The position numbers and the translations under genes are program-made. Positions 25,620 to 39,221 of a DNA stretch of 64,000 nucleotides are shown here, in pieces. The stretch's first letter is position 1, and the number at the start of each line of letters is the position of its first letter. Source of the DNA: Octopus vulgaris (Eukaryota); NCBI GenBank assembly GCA_951406725.2, contig OX597821.1, positions 39,060,001-39,124,000 of the forward strand. Reading direction: 5' to 3'. Under the pieces are notes generated by a model. It had not been told where the DNA came from. It was given only the letters and a program-made list of their open reading frames with translations, and ran no database searches.

Positions 25620-27180
25620 ACTCACCTTTCTCACCTGGATATCACCAGTAATGAATTCCGACTATTCTAGATCAAACGTCCTTCTCTTCTTACTCCTCTA
25701 AATATCTAAATATATCTGTGTTACCTGTAGCACTATTTCCATGACTGATATCTCTCTCCAGCCGTTTCCTCTCTCATATCTTACTTCACCAATCTCTGAA
25801 GTCCTCATCCTCTGTGACTTCACATCTCCTCATGGCTCTCACTCATTGCACACTTGTATTCCCAGCGTAGAAGCCAAGTCTCTTGCTATACTTAACGTTC
25901 TTCGCTGACCTGGCTCATATCCAACACACATGAAGGGTTATTTGGGTAATCCAAATACCCTTGATCTTGTTCTCACCAAACATTAACTTTATCAAACTAT
26001 AACTGTCTCTGAACCTATCACAACCTGAGTGCAACTACCCAACACTAATGTAACTACCATACAACACTCCCTGTGTCGTGCACCCTATATTATTTCAAGA
26101 TAACCAGTTGGTCGAAGTTCTGCTAGTTTTATGCCAATTACACCAGGTGTATCATAAATCTTTTACACTTGTGCCATCAGGTACCGTTTGATGAACGACT
26201 GATTCTATCCTTCAAGGTAGGCCCCCTCCACAGTCTGCATATAACAAAAATCCAACACCCGAAAACCCCTAAGCACTTGACTCATGGTTGTGCTGAAGTA
26301 GTTCAGGTAAAATGCAGGGCCCACAGCACCTGGCAAAACTTGCCTACCCTCAAACACTGGGTGGCATTTACACACTATTGTAACATTTGCAAAGTTATTA
26401 GCTGAGAAGTAAAATATGAGTTCATCCATTGTTGAACTCTCTAGCTATATTGCCTTCTAATCTACAACCCAATCGTTTTGGTCCTTGCTAAAAAGATTTC
26501 GACCACTTTGCCAAATCCTCATTCTGTCCACTTCACAACAATGATGGGACTCAAAGAACCACCCATGCACAAGAAGCACCAATATTCACTGCCCACTATC
26601 CAACCAACTCCCTTTAGCATACTCTTCTTAAACATCCTCAAAATACCATTCCTTTCCCACTTACCCAAGTTCACTAATTGCTTATGTACACATTAAATGG
26701 GTATCTACTTTCAGGCAATTCAAATCAATGAAGTCACCAGTCCTGATGGTGTCCCTTCAATTATCTTCAAACCTTGCATCTCACAGTTGATTTCTATACT
26801 CACCAAACTCTTCAATTCTGTTCTCTCCGCAGAGAGCTATCCTGATTTTTGGACACCCTCATGTGTGTCCCATCTCAAAGACAGATAGCCTCTCTTATCT
26901 TGCCAACTATTGTTCTGCCACACTCACTTTTAATATTTCTGATATAATGAAGGCAACTATTAACAATAATGTCCTCCACAATCTCTCTCTCTCTCTCTTT
27001 CTCTATCGCTATCTCCTTAATGACCTCCACTACAGTTTCCATAAAACTGGATTTACTGGTGACCTATTCTCCTCTCATCCACCACTGGATTCTTGCCTTG
27101 GCCGAATGTAAGCAGAGCAATGATATCATCCTTGATATCAGCAAAGCTTTGCACAATCTCTGGATATTTCCTTCTCTTTC
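25620..27180 (+). pseudogene. Degenerate CR1/L2-like LINE ORF2 (APE end plus RT start)
   Basis: LILCDF and GNPNTLDLVLT (endonuclease); SPDGVPSIIFKPCISQLISILTKLFNS..YPDFW, ANY and IILDISKAL (RT) across frameshifts. Confidence 0.75.
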
Positions 27181-29209
27181 ACAGCAGTGTTGGAAACATC
27201 TCCAATGTATGGAAATACGAAATGGCTTTGCTGTTCTTTTCTTTTCTCTTTGTTGTTCTTGCATTTTAGGCACATGAAACAAAAGATTGCCAGAAACCTT
27301 TTTAACCTAAAATTATTTTGTAATCAAAGTCAATATATTACTTCAACAGGACTTTACAGTCATTCCAAGAGTGAAAGTCAAAAATTTATATAAAATGTCT
27401 ATACAGAGGTTGCTTGTATTTGAAACTTGTGTGTTTGAAGGACTTTGTTCATAATTTTGTAGACAGGAATATAAAAATGTTAGAATTAATGTGTTTTGAT
27501 TTATTAAATGATTATTTCATTTTCAGTTTGTGCTAGCTTTATTTATTTCTCGAATTCATGGCAATATCTCCATGAAACAGAATATTATTTATGCTGTTAT
27601 AGCTGAGCTGTGGCTCTTGGGCAGAATACACATCATCTTAAAGTGTAAATTTGACATTTGTTGTGGAACACTTTGTTGCTATTGACAGAGAAATACATTC
27701 ATTGTTCATGGTACAAGTGACATGTGCAGCATTGATGTGGCTCTTTCTCTGATCCCACCATTTATCCTTTAGTTGCTACAAATTCAATCAACCTTGATCA
27801 AGAAGAATGTGTTGAAACCAACCCATATATTCATTAATATTGATCACATCAGCAACATTACTCACCCACCTATCAATGACACCTAGCATCCTATTGGAAA
27901 AGGGGAGATGCAGTACAAATACAAGTTAAAACAGATGAACTACAACCCACATATTTCATTGATTTTTCAATGGAAAATTAGGAAAAGAAAGACAAAAAAA
28001 AAACCCGATTGATAAAGCTTTTAATTTATTGATTGGCATTTAAAATTGATATAAAATATGTATTGCATAGTTTTAAATTTGATCAAAGTATGAAACTAGT
28101 TACCAAAATGGAATGAATTATAATTTGTTGCTTGTATGAACATTATTATTTATCAAACATTTTGTCTATTTGGTGGTGATTTTTTTAGCAATTTTTAGTT
28201 TCAGTTTAATTTTATTTAATAGTAATTCGAAGTAAAAGTAAGCTAAAAACATCATTCACTGCAGGAAAGCACTCACAGTGAGCGTGCTCACCTTGTTAAT
28301 ACATCTTCCCCTCTCCATGATTATAACTTAGGCTTCTGCCTCTGTAAGAAATGGTTGATAATGTTTCGGTGCACATCAAAGCAGATCTCCATAGTTGTGT
28401 ATTCTCTGTCTTCTTAGGATCGTCTTTGCCTTTTAATATGCATTTACCTGATCACTCTGTATTTGCTGTTATTATTAAATTCTCATATTGTTGCTTGACT
28501 TCATACTAGCACTGATGGAGCAGATTTATGATCAAAGCTTTGCCAATCATGAAAACTCTGACTTTTAGCATATAAACATCCAGGGTGCCCTTCTTCCCCT
28601 TTTGGTTGAAGTCGGTAAACTGTAATTTGAAAGAGATTCTTATATTACTAATCGTATCCATAAAAATAACATGTTATTTTGAAAACTTTAAGATTATTGA
28701 AAGTTTATAAAAAGCCATGAAATATATAATTCCTTTTGAAATTATATTTTTTCTGGAATGTTTAATTCTTGTGCTTGTGTAAAAGTTCACAATGTATTGA
28801 AGGTGCAGTATTTGAAAGGGGCATCTTTGAAAACTGTGTCTCCTGTGTGGGGAGCTGTTATCTATTATCTTTTCACTTTACATCAAGAAGTAAGCAATCT
28901 TAAGTATGGAGCAAAATAGAGGACATAATCTATATTACAATGTATGCTTAGATTGGTAAAGCTTTCACAAATCTTACATTCTCATATTACAGAAAAGATT
29001 ATACTAGTAGATTATACAGTAGTCCAGTGAACAAAGTGTAATTGCTACCCTACTGAGTTGTGGATTATAAAAGAATTGTATCAGTAATATAGGTTCAGAT
29101 GTGTGGTTGTATATTTAAAAAGTAGTCCTGAGTCCAATTTCACTGGAACCTTGAGCAAGTATCTTCTGCTATAACTTTCATTTGGTACATGCACCTTAGA
29201 CAGAATCTT

Positions 29210-29610
29210 ATCATCATCACCCTCATTTAATGTCCATTGTCCATGCTGGCTTGGGTTAGGCAGTTAGACCACGTCTGGCAAGCTAGAAGGTTGTACCAGA
29301 CTCCAGTCTGATTTGGCATGGTTTCTATGTGGCTGGATACCCTTCCAAATGCCAACTACTCTGAGTGCTTTTTATGTGCCATCAGCATGGGTGCCATTTG
29401 CATGACACCAGTATCTGCCACAACTACAATTTCACTTGGTCTTTTTCTCAAGCACAGCATAATGCCAAAGTCTTGGTTATTGCCTCTTTGAGGCCCAACA
29501 CACTCGAAAGGTGCTTCTTATACGCCACCAAGATTGGCCACCTTGCCTCTGTGAGGTCCAACACTCAAATGGTGCCTTTTAACGTGCCGGTTACATGACA
29601 CCAGCATTGT
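29210..29610 (-). mobile_element. RTE LINE 3' fragment
   Basis: CATCAT..TTTAATGTCCATTGTCCATGCTGGC..GGCTGGATACCCTTCC. Confidence 0.8.
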
Positions 29611-29654
29611 AGACACAAAACTGTATGTATGAGTCACCTGTATAGAAGATTATA

Positions 29655-30040
29655 CAAGGAGGTATAAAAAAGTTCCCAGACTAGATCTGCATGTAGTACA
29701 CCAACACATGGCAGCAAATGGTTGTGTGCAGTGAGAGCTAGCAGTGGCCTTCATGAAGCAGTGTGTCAAGTAACACGGCTGTGTTTACTTCAGAAGTCAT
29801 GAAGTTTATATTTTTGGGATCACTTGTATGCTGTAGTCTGCAATATTGTCATGGACAGGAAGTTGGAACAAAGAATCAATGTGAAATTTTGCATTAAACT
29901 TGTGAAGTCTGCTACAGGGACATTGAGTATGCTTCGGCAAGCTTATGGCAGGGGGTGGGAGCTATGGGTCGTACACAATATTTTGAGTGGCATGGACACT
30001 TCAAAAGTCGAAGAACGTCCCTGAAAGACAATGAGCAGAG
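29655..30040 (+). pseudogene. Mariner transposon 5' fragment (left TIR plus N-terminal HTH)
   Basis: TACAAGGAGGTATAAAAAAGTTCC TIR-like start; MDRKLEQRINVKFCIKLVKSATGTLSMLRQAYG / AMGRTQYFEWHGHFKSRRTSLKD with a frameshift. Confidence 0.85.
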
Positions 30041-30044
30041 GACC

Positions 30045-30632
30045 TGCCATGAGTTTCTACAGCTTGATGCCCTTCCTAATGCCAACCACTCCAAGAATAT
30101 AGTGGGTGCTTTTACATGCCACCGGAATGAGGGCCAGTCAAGCGGTTCTTGCAACGATCATGTTCAAAAGGTGTTTTATGTGCTACCCACACAGACCAGT
30201 CCGGCGGCACTGGCAACAACCACAGTCAAATGTTGTTTTCCACGTGCTACCAGCAATGCTGGAAATGATCACGCTCGAATGGGGCTTTTCACATGTCACT
30301 GGCATAGGAGCCAATCCATGGCCCTGACAACGGTCATGCTCAGATGTGCCTTTAACTTTCTACTGGCATGAGTGCCTATCAGGCGGTACTTTCATCGGCC
30401 ATGTCAGCGATTTTGATTTGTTTACACTTGCCTCAGTAGGTCTTCACAAGCAAAGTTCATTGTCCAATGAATGAGGGGTACTCATAAGTTGACCTCTCAC
30501 ACCCCACATTCGGATGTGCTTTTAATGTTCCAGTGGCATGAGTACCAATCAGGTGGTACTGTCATTGGCCATGTCAGCGATTTTGATTTCACTTGCCTCA
30601 ATAGGTCTTCACAAAGCAAAGTTTATTGTCCA
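30045..30632 (-). mobile_element. RTE 3' UTR fragment with internal subrepeats
   Basis: GAGTTTCTACAGCTTGATGCCCTTCCTAATGCCAACCAC plus about 60-bp subunits; about 95-bp direct duplication at 30365-30462 and 30534-30632. Confidence 0.8.
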
Positions 30633-33600
30633 TAGACATCCATCCAGCCATACATACATATATGCTTTTATGTATATATGTACATATATATGTATATACA
30701 CACACACATACATAAATACATAAACACACGTACCATATTTGGTTTGAAAATATTTATACATCAGTCAATTACCTTATAAACAATATAAACGGTGTATCTC
30801 TTATAGATTATGTGCTTGATTTTCTTTCCTAGTTCATTAGTCGTATGAATAATATAACTTTTATGTTATTGATTTCTTTCCATAGTCAGAGGGAGCTTTA
30901 CATAACACAGACGACAGCAGCAGAATAATGTACAGAAACAAATATGAAAGTTTAGCTTAGCACATGATAATTATTAGCACAAGCATACATGCTTTAATTG
31001 TTTGATGACTGAAAAAATATTCAATAATAAAAAAAGAAAAGAATTCCATTTTTGCTATCTCCATCTTACAACCATCGCCACCTCACCTTCATTAACCAAT
31101 ATATCTACCACCATTACTTTAACAGCTACTACAATTCTCAGCATATCGTGTGTGTGATTGTATGTATATAAATAGGGTTCTTTCTTTTTTAACTTCTCAC
31201 TGCGGCCACACTTTTTGCAGTTGACACTCATCTCTCTTTCCATGTCTCTTTCCCCCCCTCCTTAACTAATCATTGCTTTATATGATGATATTGTTCCTTT
31301 CTTCTATCTTTCATCACAACTGCATTTCCTTCTGGGAAACATTCTCTCTCTCTTGCTTTTTACCTCTCCTTTTAAATAACATTTTTATTGCATATCAGAA
31401 AACACTGCCCTCTTTTCTACCTTTACCAACTAACCTATTCTCCTTTGCTAAGCACTCTTCTCTCCTTCTTTGCCTCTGTCTTAAACTGACCATTTTATAA
31501 CATTACATACATAGGTACATAAGCAGAAGAATATTATAAATATCATCCGTTTAGTTAATACGTAACTGAAAACATCCCTCACGGTATCAGAGCTATTTAG
31601 CATTGGAGAAACCGAACACAAAATACAACTCAGTGCACAAACTCTATCACTAAACACACCAAGTATAACTTAGCATGAGATTGTCCCTCTCGTTTCTACC
31701 AAATGAAGTAAAATGAGAAAGAATATAGTGGAGATTGGTTGGATCATGTACAACAACTCAGTCCTATAACTTTTTGCTTATACATACATTCAGAATCTAC
31801 AGATTTCACTTTTTCAACACTTGCAAGTGAAATAACCAAGCCAAATAAAGTAATTTGTATTGGATAATGAAAACATCAGTAATCAACTTTCAACAAGAAT
31901 ATTCTACAGAGCAAAATACCAAAACCAAATAAGGAGAATGTGTATTCAGTATTGAAAGTGTAGCATCGTTCTGTTTCACTTTCTATAATGAAAGTAACAG
32001 GAGTTGTGAAAGGCTTGGTATTGTACTCTTTCACTTTCTTATAATCTGTCTGTGACAATTCTAAATGGTTCCTCCATGAATGGAAATATCGAACAATTTA
32101 GCAGTGAACACTGTTGCACAGTTTTTACAAGAGAAACACATTATTGCTAATGACAAGCTGTGTGTACATAGTCATAATGCACCATTGCAACAATCTCAGA
32201 GATATCTTGATGTCATTATTTGGAGAGGCTGAAAGTGGAAAAAGACACTTTCTATACAAAACAACACATTTCTAGAAAAATCTAAATTGACAATGTCTTT
32301 CGTATTTTCAGATAGACTTTGACTTTGTGATGTGAAGTTCCCCTGACCTTGTTCTATGTCACTGAATAATTTTGGTTCTGAAGTAGTAATTCAGTGCTTA
32401 TGAAATTTGTCCCAAGAAATGTGATGGTGTGTATCAGTGGTTGTAAGCATGGAGTCCAAATTGAGAAAAATTTTATGCAAAAATAGTTCAAAAGCAACAA
32501 TTACATTTTGTAGATGTTTCCAATGGTGTCTAGAGCAGAGATAATAATCATAACTGGATTTTCAACCATGCTGCTTGAGATGTAATCTCAAAAATTTTTA
32601 CTTTAATTTAATATTGTTTATTATTAGGTACTGGAGTATTCTACTCAAAAGTGTGGGGGAAAAGTTTTTAAAAAGAAAACATTTAACTGAATAACTTTAA
32701 AATTTTATTCTAAATCCCTGATGTTTAAGGCATAAAAATCCAAAGACTATTGTTTTTAATGCAAAATAAAAGTTGCATAATCTGAAACTCTGCCAAAAAT
32801 ATTATACTAAGCTTTTCAGAACTAAATTTCTTTCAAAAATGTTCTAATTCCATTGTTTTATGAAAAGAAAGAATTTTTCCTATGCATATGGTTAAAAAAA
32901 TATCTTGAAATTCTTTCTTACTTCAAAAAGTTATTTTACAATGTTCAAATAGGAAATTGGCAAGTCTTTTCTGTGAGATCCACATCTCAACCATTTGGTA
33001 TTTACATTTTTAAGAATCTTCACAATTTTTCAAAACACTTGCCAAAATAATATAACAATGATTTGAAGTATTTATCTTGTCTTCAGAGTTGAAATATTCC
33101 ATAGATTTACATTGTTTCAGCTAGTTCATTTCTGTGATCATTATAAGATTTTATTTAGATGTACATAATACTAAACTAAATCTGATTGAGTAACATCTAT
33201 TTCTAAACTATTTTATAACATTTTCATCTCCTAAGTCACACACACCATTTGTCATATTTAGTTTGGTCTTCAGTTCTTTTATTGCACATAAAATAAAACT
33301 TGAATTTAACAAATGAGAGAATTATCGACACCATAATTCCTGCAATAATTATTATAGTTTCTTGCTGATAGGTGGCATTTAGTTACATTCTTTCATGTCT
33401 TTTTTTTTTGTTAAAATTACATGTGGGTCAATTTTCATCTTTCTGGAGTTGATAGGCGTTTGGCTTGAGTGTACTGCTCCATCTCTTAAAAAGCAAAATA
33501 ATGAGAGACATTGTGACTATTATTATTATTATTGGGATAAAATGTCTTTCAATATTTAGTTAATTCCTCTGGGACCCATAAAGTATGTACTGATTATATA

Positions 33601-35224
33601 TATATATATATGGTTGGTGCATTGACTATTTTTTATTCCCTACAAAGGTGTATTCTTGTGCCAAATTCCAAAACAATTTTTACCAAAATTATTTTTGTGG
33701 TGGTAATAGCAAGGTCACTTGAGGTTAAGAATGGAAAAGTTTACAGCTGTAAAAAGAACAAAGAACTCTTTATGATCTTGTTATTTAGACATTGGCGTGT
33801 TTGACACTAAAACAAGTTTAAATATGAACAATATTTAATATATTTTAAATCTGTGTTTTCCATTAGATATTTCTTTCTTTATATGAACTCTCAATATTTT
33901 CACCAACCATAAACATGATAGAATATCTTTGTTGTCCACTCACTATATTTGTGATGTTGTGTATTGTTTCTTTGTGTAAAAATAATTCTCTTTATTTTCA
34001 CCTGGTTGATACAGTCTTTTAGAGTGTAAACTGGTTTACCCTTGAAGATAATTTCAAATAAAGTTTAGCCAGAAAGCAATTTTTTTTAACAGAATGTCAA
34101 AAGAATTTGTCAACAGATTCTTTTGGTAGCTAGAAACATTTGCTTGTTTGACATTTTTCTCTAAATTATTCTCAAGTACACCTGCTGCCCTCTTTTGTAA
34201 CTTCTTTAATGTGAATCTCTGTTCCCTAAGCCTTCTGCTTCATGATCTGAATGACTTTGAAGTGGAGATCAGCACTTCTCTTTTATGTTCTCTCATCTTT
34301 CTACAGTAAACACTAAAAAAAAAAAAATGGTAAAATGAAATTAAGAACAAACTTTTCATGGCAAAGATTGATTTCAGTAAAATAAGGACTTCATCTTCAA
34401 AGCATTCATTGAGAAAAATAATAAAGTGAATAGACTATTTTTTTTTATTAAAGAAATGACAGCAGCACTAGAAAATCATTGGACTTTGTTGTATTTCAAA
34501 ATAATTTTTATAAAATTACACCAACAATTGAAATAAAATTATTCAAGGACATGTTGCATGAAATTCAATTCATTAACATTTGCAGAAGATAATTCAAAGC
34601 AAATATAACATTACCAGATTCTCAAAACTGAAGCTGGTTGTACTGAATATTATAATTGAAGTGATTTTGAAGTTCAATAAAGATGAACTACCAAACATGT
34701 GTAACGTGCATGTTGCTGTTACAGTAAATTCCTGCAAAATTCCATTAAATAATGTATGCAGTCTGCCACCAAGCAATCATGATAATCTCAACAAAGGAAT
34801 AACTGTATCAGAAGATGCTACATTCTCTCTACTTCTCATCTGACACCATCCTCACCACCTCATCCCAACTTCTCATTTCCATAAATTTTTCTGTCTGATC
34901 TTTTGTAACTGGACCCTATTTGTCTGTATATAGGGTTCTTCCTATTGAAATCCTTGTCTTCAATCAGCAATGTATTGTGTTGATATTGATAGGATTTTTT
35001 TCAGTTCCATTTTATCTGTGGACAATGGTACCAATAGAATTTGAAACCTCATCTCTCCAGCAATGTTCTTTAAACATCTTATAATTGACAAGTTCTTGGT
35101 GTAAAGCATTGTTATAAAAATCACTTCATTAGAATATATAGTTATATTATGAAAGAAATAATCCTTCCTATCACGAAACAAAATTAAGACTGGAAATATA
35201 GATTTTTATTCTTGCCTTCAATAT

Positions 35225-35345
35225 TAAACAAATTTTACATTCTGTTCCTAATAAATTGAAACAGGTTATAAGTTTAGATATATTTTTATTAAAGTTTTCA
35301 TTCTGTTCCTAATAAATTGGGAGAGGTTGTAAGTTTAGATGCATC
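35225..35345. repeat. Tandem duplication, unit about 60 bp
   Basis: CATTCTGTTCCTAATAAATTG..AGGTT.TAAGTTTAGAT occurs twice. Confidence 0.8.
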
Positions 35346-36138
35346 AATATTAATTTTTTTTTATCACTATAAAGTAATACAAATAAAACAGTATTTATCC
35401 ATCTTTGTTTAGGCTCTATTAATTATAACACTTCTCTTCTTCTTTCTATCAGTTTTTGTTGGTGTAATTAAATTCTTCTTTTCTGCTAAGTAAACAACAT
35501 GTCTATAATGGAGCAGATTCTTTCCATGATTTGTTGTTTTGTTTCATAGAATTACAAACTTATTCCACCCACCTGGACTTATTGATCTAAGCTATACTAA
35601 AGACAGTCTATGTATACCTGGTGATTGCTCCATCTTCACAGATGATTGCTGTTTCCCTGTTCTAACTCATTGTCAATGGCATTTCAGACTTTCCGTCCAT
35701 GACCTCTCAGATGGCTATTCACTCCTGCTACAGATTTGCATAGTTCGAAGCATAAGTGATGGATGGAAGTTGTAACTTACTGTGTGCTTCCAACTAGTTA
35801 GGTCTGCACACATGCGACCACTCTTCCATTGGCAGAGGTCACCAAAAAGAGACATCTGTTCATCATTGGGTTATTGTAATATATGCTTGTATAAAATGAA
35901 TTCCACTCTCTGAGGTTTAGAGATCAGTCCCTAGTGACAGAGATCAAAGTGCGAAGACCAGTAATCCTGTGAAACCAAAGATTTCACATCAGAATGTCAT
36001 TCTCATAGAAGGATGCTGTGATGACAGCTAAGCATCCCTCACTCCCAGTGGATTTATTGCACACTTACATATATACATACATATAAACATACATGCATAC
36101 ATACAAGCATGCATACACACATTCATTCATACATATAT

Positions 36139-36370
36139 ATTTCTTTATTGCACACAAGGGACTAAACATAGAAGGGGCAAACAAGGACAGACAAAGGGAT
36201 TAAGTCGATTACATCGATCCCAGTGCGAAACTGGTACTTTATTTATCGACCCCAAAAGGATGAACGGCAAAGTCGAGCTCGGTGGAATTTGAACTCAGAA
36301 CATAACGACAGACGAAATACCGCTAAGCATTTCGCCCGGCACACTAACATGTCTGCTAGCTCGCCGCCTC
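36139..36370 (-). mobile_element. SINE family A monomer
   Basis: Reverse complement of 10844-11074; sits in a TA/TACA tract. Confidence 0.92.
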
Positions 36371-36371
36371 A

Positions 36372-36411
<40 letters not shown>

Positions 36412-36834
36412 CATGCATGCATACATACATACATACATTTATACATACACACATACATACACTCATGGATTGAATTCCACATGTGGTGTTAAACTAAGGG
36501 TTAGTGCTTACTCCATAACTTATTTTCCGTGCAGATTATATCCTTGGCTATTCTCTCTCAGACTTTATGTTGTTTTATTGCAGCAATGTATGTACAATCT
36601 ATGTATATGTGTGTATATTGCTGTTTTTCTCATTTGATGTGTGAGACATGTGAATGACTACAATTTTATTGAAGTAAAGGTCAAATCAAATACAAACACC
36701 TACAAGAGGTTACTGGGTCATCCAGAGGACTGGAATCATGTCCCTTGCAATCCATAACTTTATACCCACTTTTAAATAACTGAAACTCCAATACATCTGC
36801 TCCTTTGAAAAAATAAATATATATATCATGATCA

Positions 36835-36992
36835 TCATCATCATGATCAACATCCTCATCATTATCATTTAACATCTGCTTTCCATGCTGGCATGGGTTA
36901 GATGGTTTGACTGGAACTGGCAAGCCAGAGAGTTGCACCAGGATCCAGTCTGGCTTTCGCTTGGTTTCTACGGCTGGATGCCTTTCCTAATA
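36835..36992 (-). mobile_element. RTE LINE 3' end fragment
   Basis: (CAT)n-TTTAACATCTGCTTTCCATGCTGGCATGGGTT. Confidence 0.8.
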
Positions 36993-37088
36993 CCATATAT
37001 ACATATATATATATATATGGTATATGGTGTACCGTTGGCGATTTTTTTTTCCTCTGTCTTCCCTTCTCTGGATCTTTCCTTCTCCTAT

Positions 37089-37123
37089 GTTTCCGACGAA
37101 GAGCTCCGCTCGAAACGTTAAAC
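37089..37123 (+). ncRNA. Minimal hammerhead ribozyme motif (U4C core) within a cassette of about 200 bp (37026-37221)
   Basis: guuu-CCGACGA-A-GAGC(ucc)GCUC-GAAA-CG-UU-aaac: perfect stems I and II, palindromic ACGU stem III; cassette flanked by (TA)n on both sides. Confidence 0.7.
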
Positions 37124-37217
37124 CCTCCTTCTTACCTTCTTTCCTGAGCGTCCAATAATACTATATTTGTTCCACGTCCTCGCGTTGTGTTTTTTTTGTG
37201 TTTTCTTGTTTGGATTA

Positions 37218-37259
<42 letters not shown>

Positions 37260-37349
37260 ATATATACTGAGGTCGATTTATTCAACTAAAATTCCTCAAG
37301 GGAATAAAGGATAGAAGATATATAGATATATATATCTTCTATCCTTTAT

Positions 37350-37773
37350 TTTTATTTTTAGTCATTCAAATATAGCCATACTGGAGCACTCTCTTTGGAA
37401 ATTTTAGTTGAATGAATCGACCTCAGTATTTGTTTTTTTAAAACCTGGTGCTAATACTATCAGTCCCTTTTTGCTGAACCACTTAGTTACAAGGACGTAA
37501 ACACATCGACACTGGTTGCCAAGTGATGGTAGAGGACAAACACAGGTATTGAGACACACACACAAGTTCATGCATACATACACACACACGCACACACATA
37601 CACATACAAACACATATACGATAGTCTTCTTTCAGTTTCTGTCTATGAAATCCCCTCGCAATGCTTTGGTGAGTCTGGAGCTACAGTGGAAGACACTTGT
37701 CCAAGGTGTCACGCTGTGGGATTGAACCCAGAACATTTTGGTTGGGAAACAAACTTCTTACCATACACATCTG
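37350..37773 (-). mobile_element. SINE family B
   Basis: Reverse complement of 3534-3940 (GACACTTGTCCAAGGTG..GGGATTGAACCC..TTCTTACCA). Confidence 0.85.
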
Positions 37774-37884
37774 TATATATATATCTTGTGTCATCACCGT
37801 TGACACTAACTGAATTTAGTATTGTTCTGCTATGGTGATTTGTCCCCATTGGTATATCATCATCATGGTATATCATTGGTATAT

Positions 37885-38310
37885 CATCATCATCGTTTAA
37901 CATCCGCTTTCCATGCTAGCATGGGTTGGACGATTTTGACTGAGGGCTGGCGAACCAGATGGCTGCACCAGGCTCCAATCTTGATCTGGCAGAGTTTCTA
38001 CTGCTGGATGCCCTTCCTAATATCAACCACTCCGAGAGTGTAGTGAGTGCCTTTTACGTGCCACCGGCACGGAGTCCACTCAGGCGTTACTAGCAACAAC
38101 TTCGCTTGAATCTTTTTACACATGCCACCAGCACAGGTGCCAATAAGGTGATGTTGGTAATGATCACGTTCGAATGGTGCCCTTTTACATGCCACAGTAC
38201 TGGGGGGCCAGTCAGGCAGTACTGGCAATGACCTCGCTCGAATCTTTTTACACATGTCACTGGCACAGGTGCCAGTAAGGCAACATTGGTAACAATCTCA
38301 CACGTTGGTA
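37885..38310 (-). mobile_element. RTE 3' UTR fragment with about 60-66 bp subrepeat array
   Basis: Near-identical in structure to 62830-63310; (CAT)n tail. Confidence 0.9.
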
Positions 38311-38561
38311 ATCGTTAATTCAAATTACCATGTCCACCACATCAAGAGTACTAGCTTTACAGGGCTTCATAAAATAAGTGATAACTATTCACTAGTCAGC
38401 TGCACTCATATTTACATTGTGGAATGATTGAGTGGATGGAGAATTAAAACAGGAATTGCTTGGTGCATCTGCACAGCTTTGTATAAGATTGAGGGAGAAA
38501 GAAAGATTTCTGGGATTTCTTAGAAAGTTACTAGGGAATGCTACCTTTTTTTTCTTCTCTC

Positions 38562-38564
<3 letters not shown>

Positions 38565-38606
<42 letters not shown>
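38565..38606. repeat. (CT)n microsatellite
   Basis: Direct reading. Confidence 0.95.
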
Positions 38607-38608
<2 letters not shown>

Positions 38609-39221
38609 TATTTACAGAAAGAAGAGTTAAGTTTCAGCTTGACAATTTTGAAAGCATTAATTGATATTTGTGTGTGTAAACAATATTAAATGTTATCCAT
38701 TTGTAAACAATTTCAGTGAGAAACATATTGGTAAATGAGGGTCTGTTTGCCCAGTGATCAATATAGATGTTGATTGATTTCCACAAGAGGATTCATCGTT
38801 AATTCTGATCCTAAATTTCTTGTTTACAAACGTATAGCACAATATTTAATACATCAGACATTTCAGTTTTTTGTTTATATTTCTTACATGCATACATACA
38901 TACGTACATACATATATGATGCATACATACATGCATATATGACACATACATATATGATGCATACATACATGCACGATACGTAATACATACATACATGCAC
39001 GATACATAATACATACATATGTACATACATACACAGATGCATGCATTAATGCACACACACACATGTATACTTTTATCTTTATGGCTGTGTGGTTTGAGAA
39101 ATTTGCTTCCCAACCACAAGGTTTTCAGTTCAGTCTCAGTGCACCTTGGGGAAAAAATATTATGAGAGGATTTGGTATATTCAAAGCTGGAAGAAGCTTA
39201 CCATATATATATATATATATA

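Noticed and set aside
28292-28341. Possible 50-nt minus-strand exon (TTTCTTACAG acceptor, AAG/GTGAGC donor, internal ATG giving MERGRCINK)
   Set aside because: All three frames contain stops, no partner exons or homology; splice-like motifs arise by chance in 64 kb.
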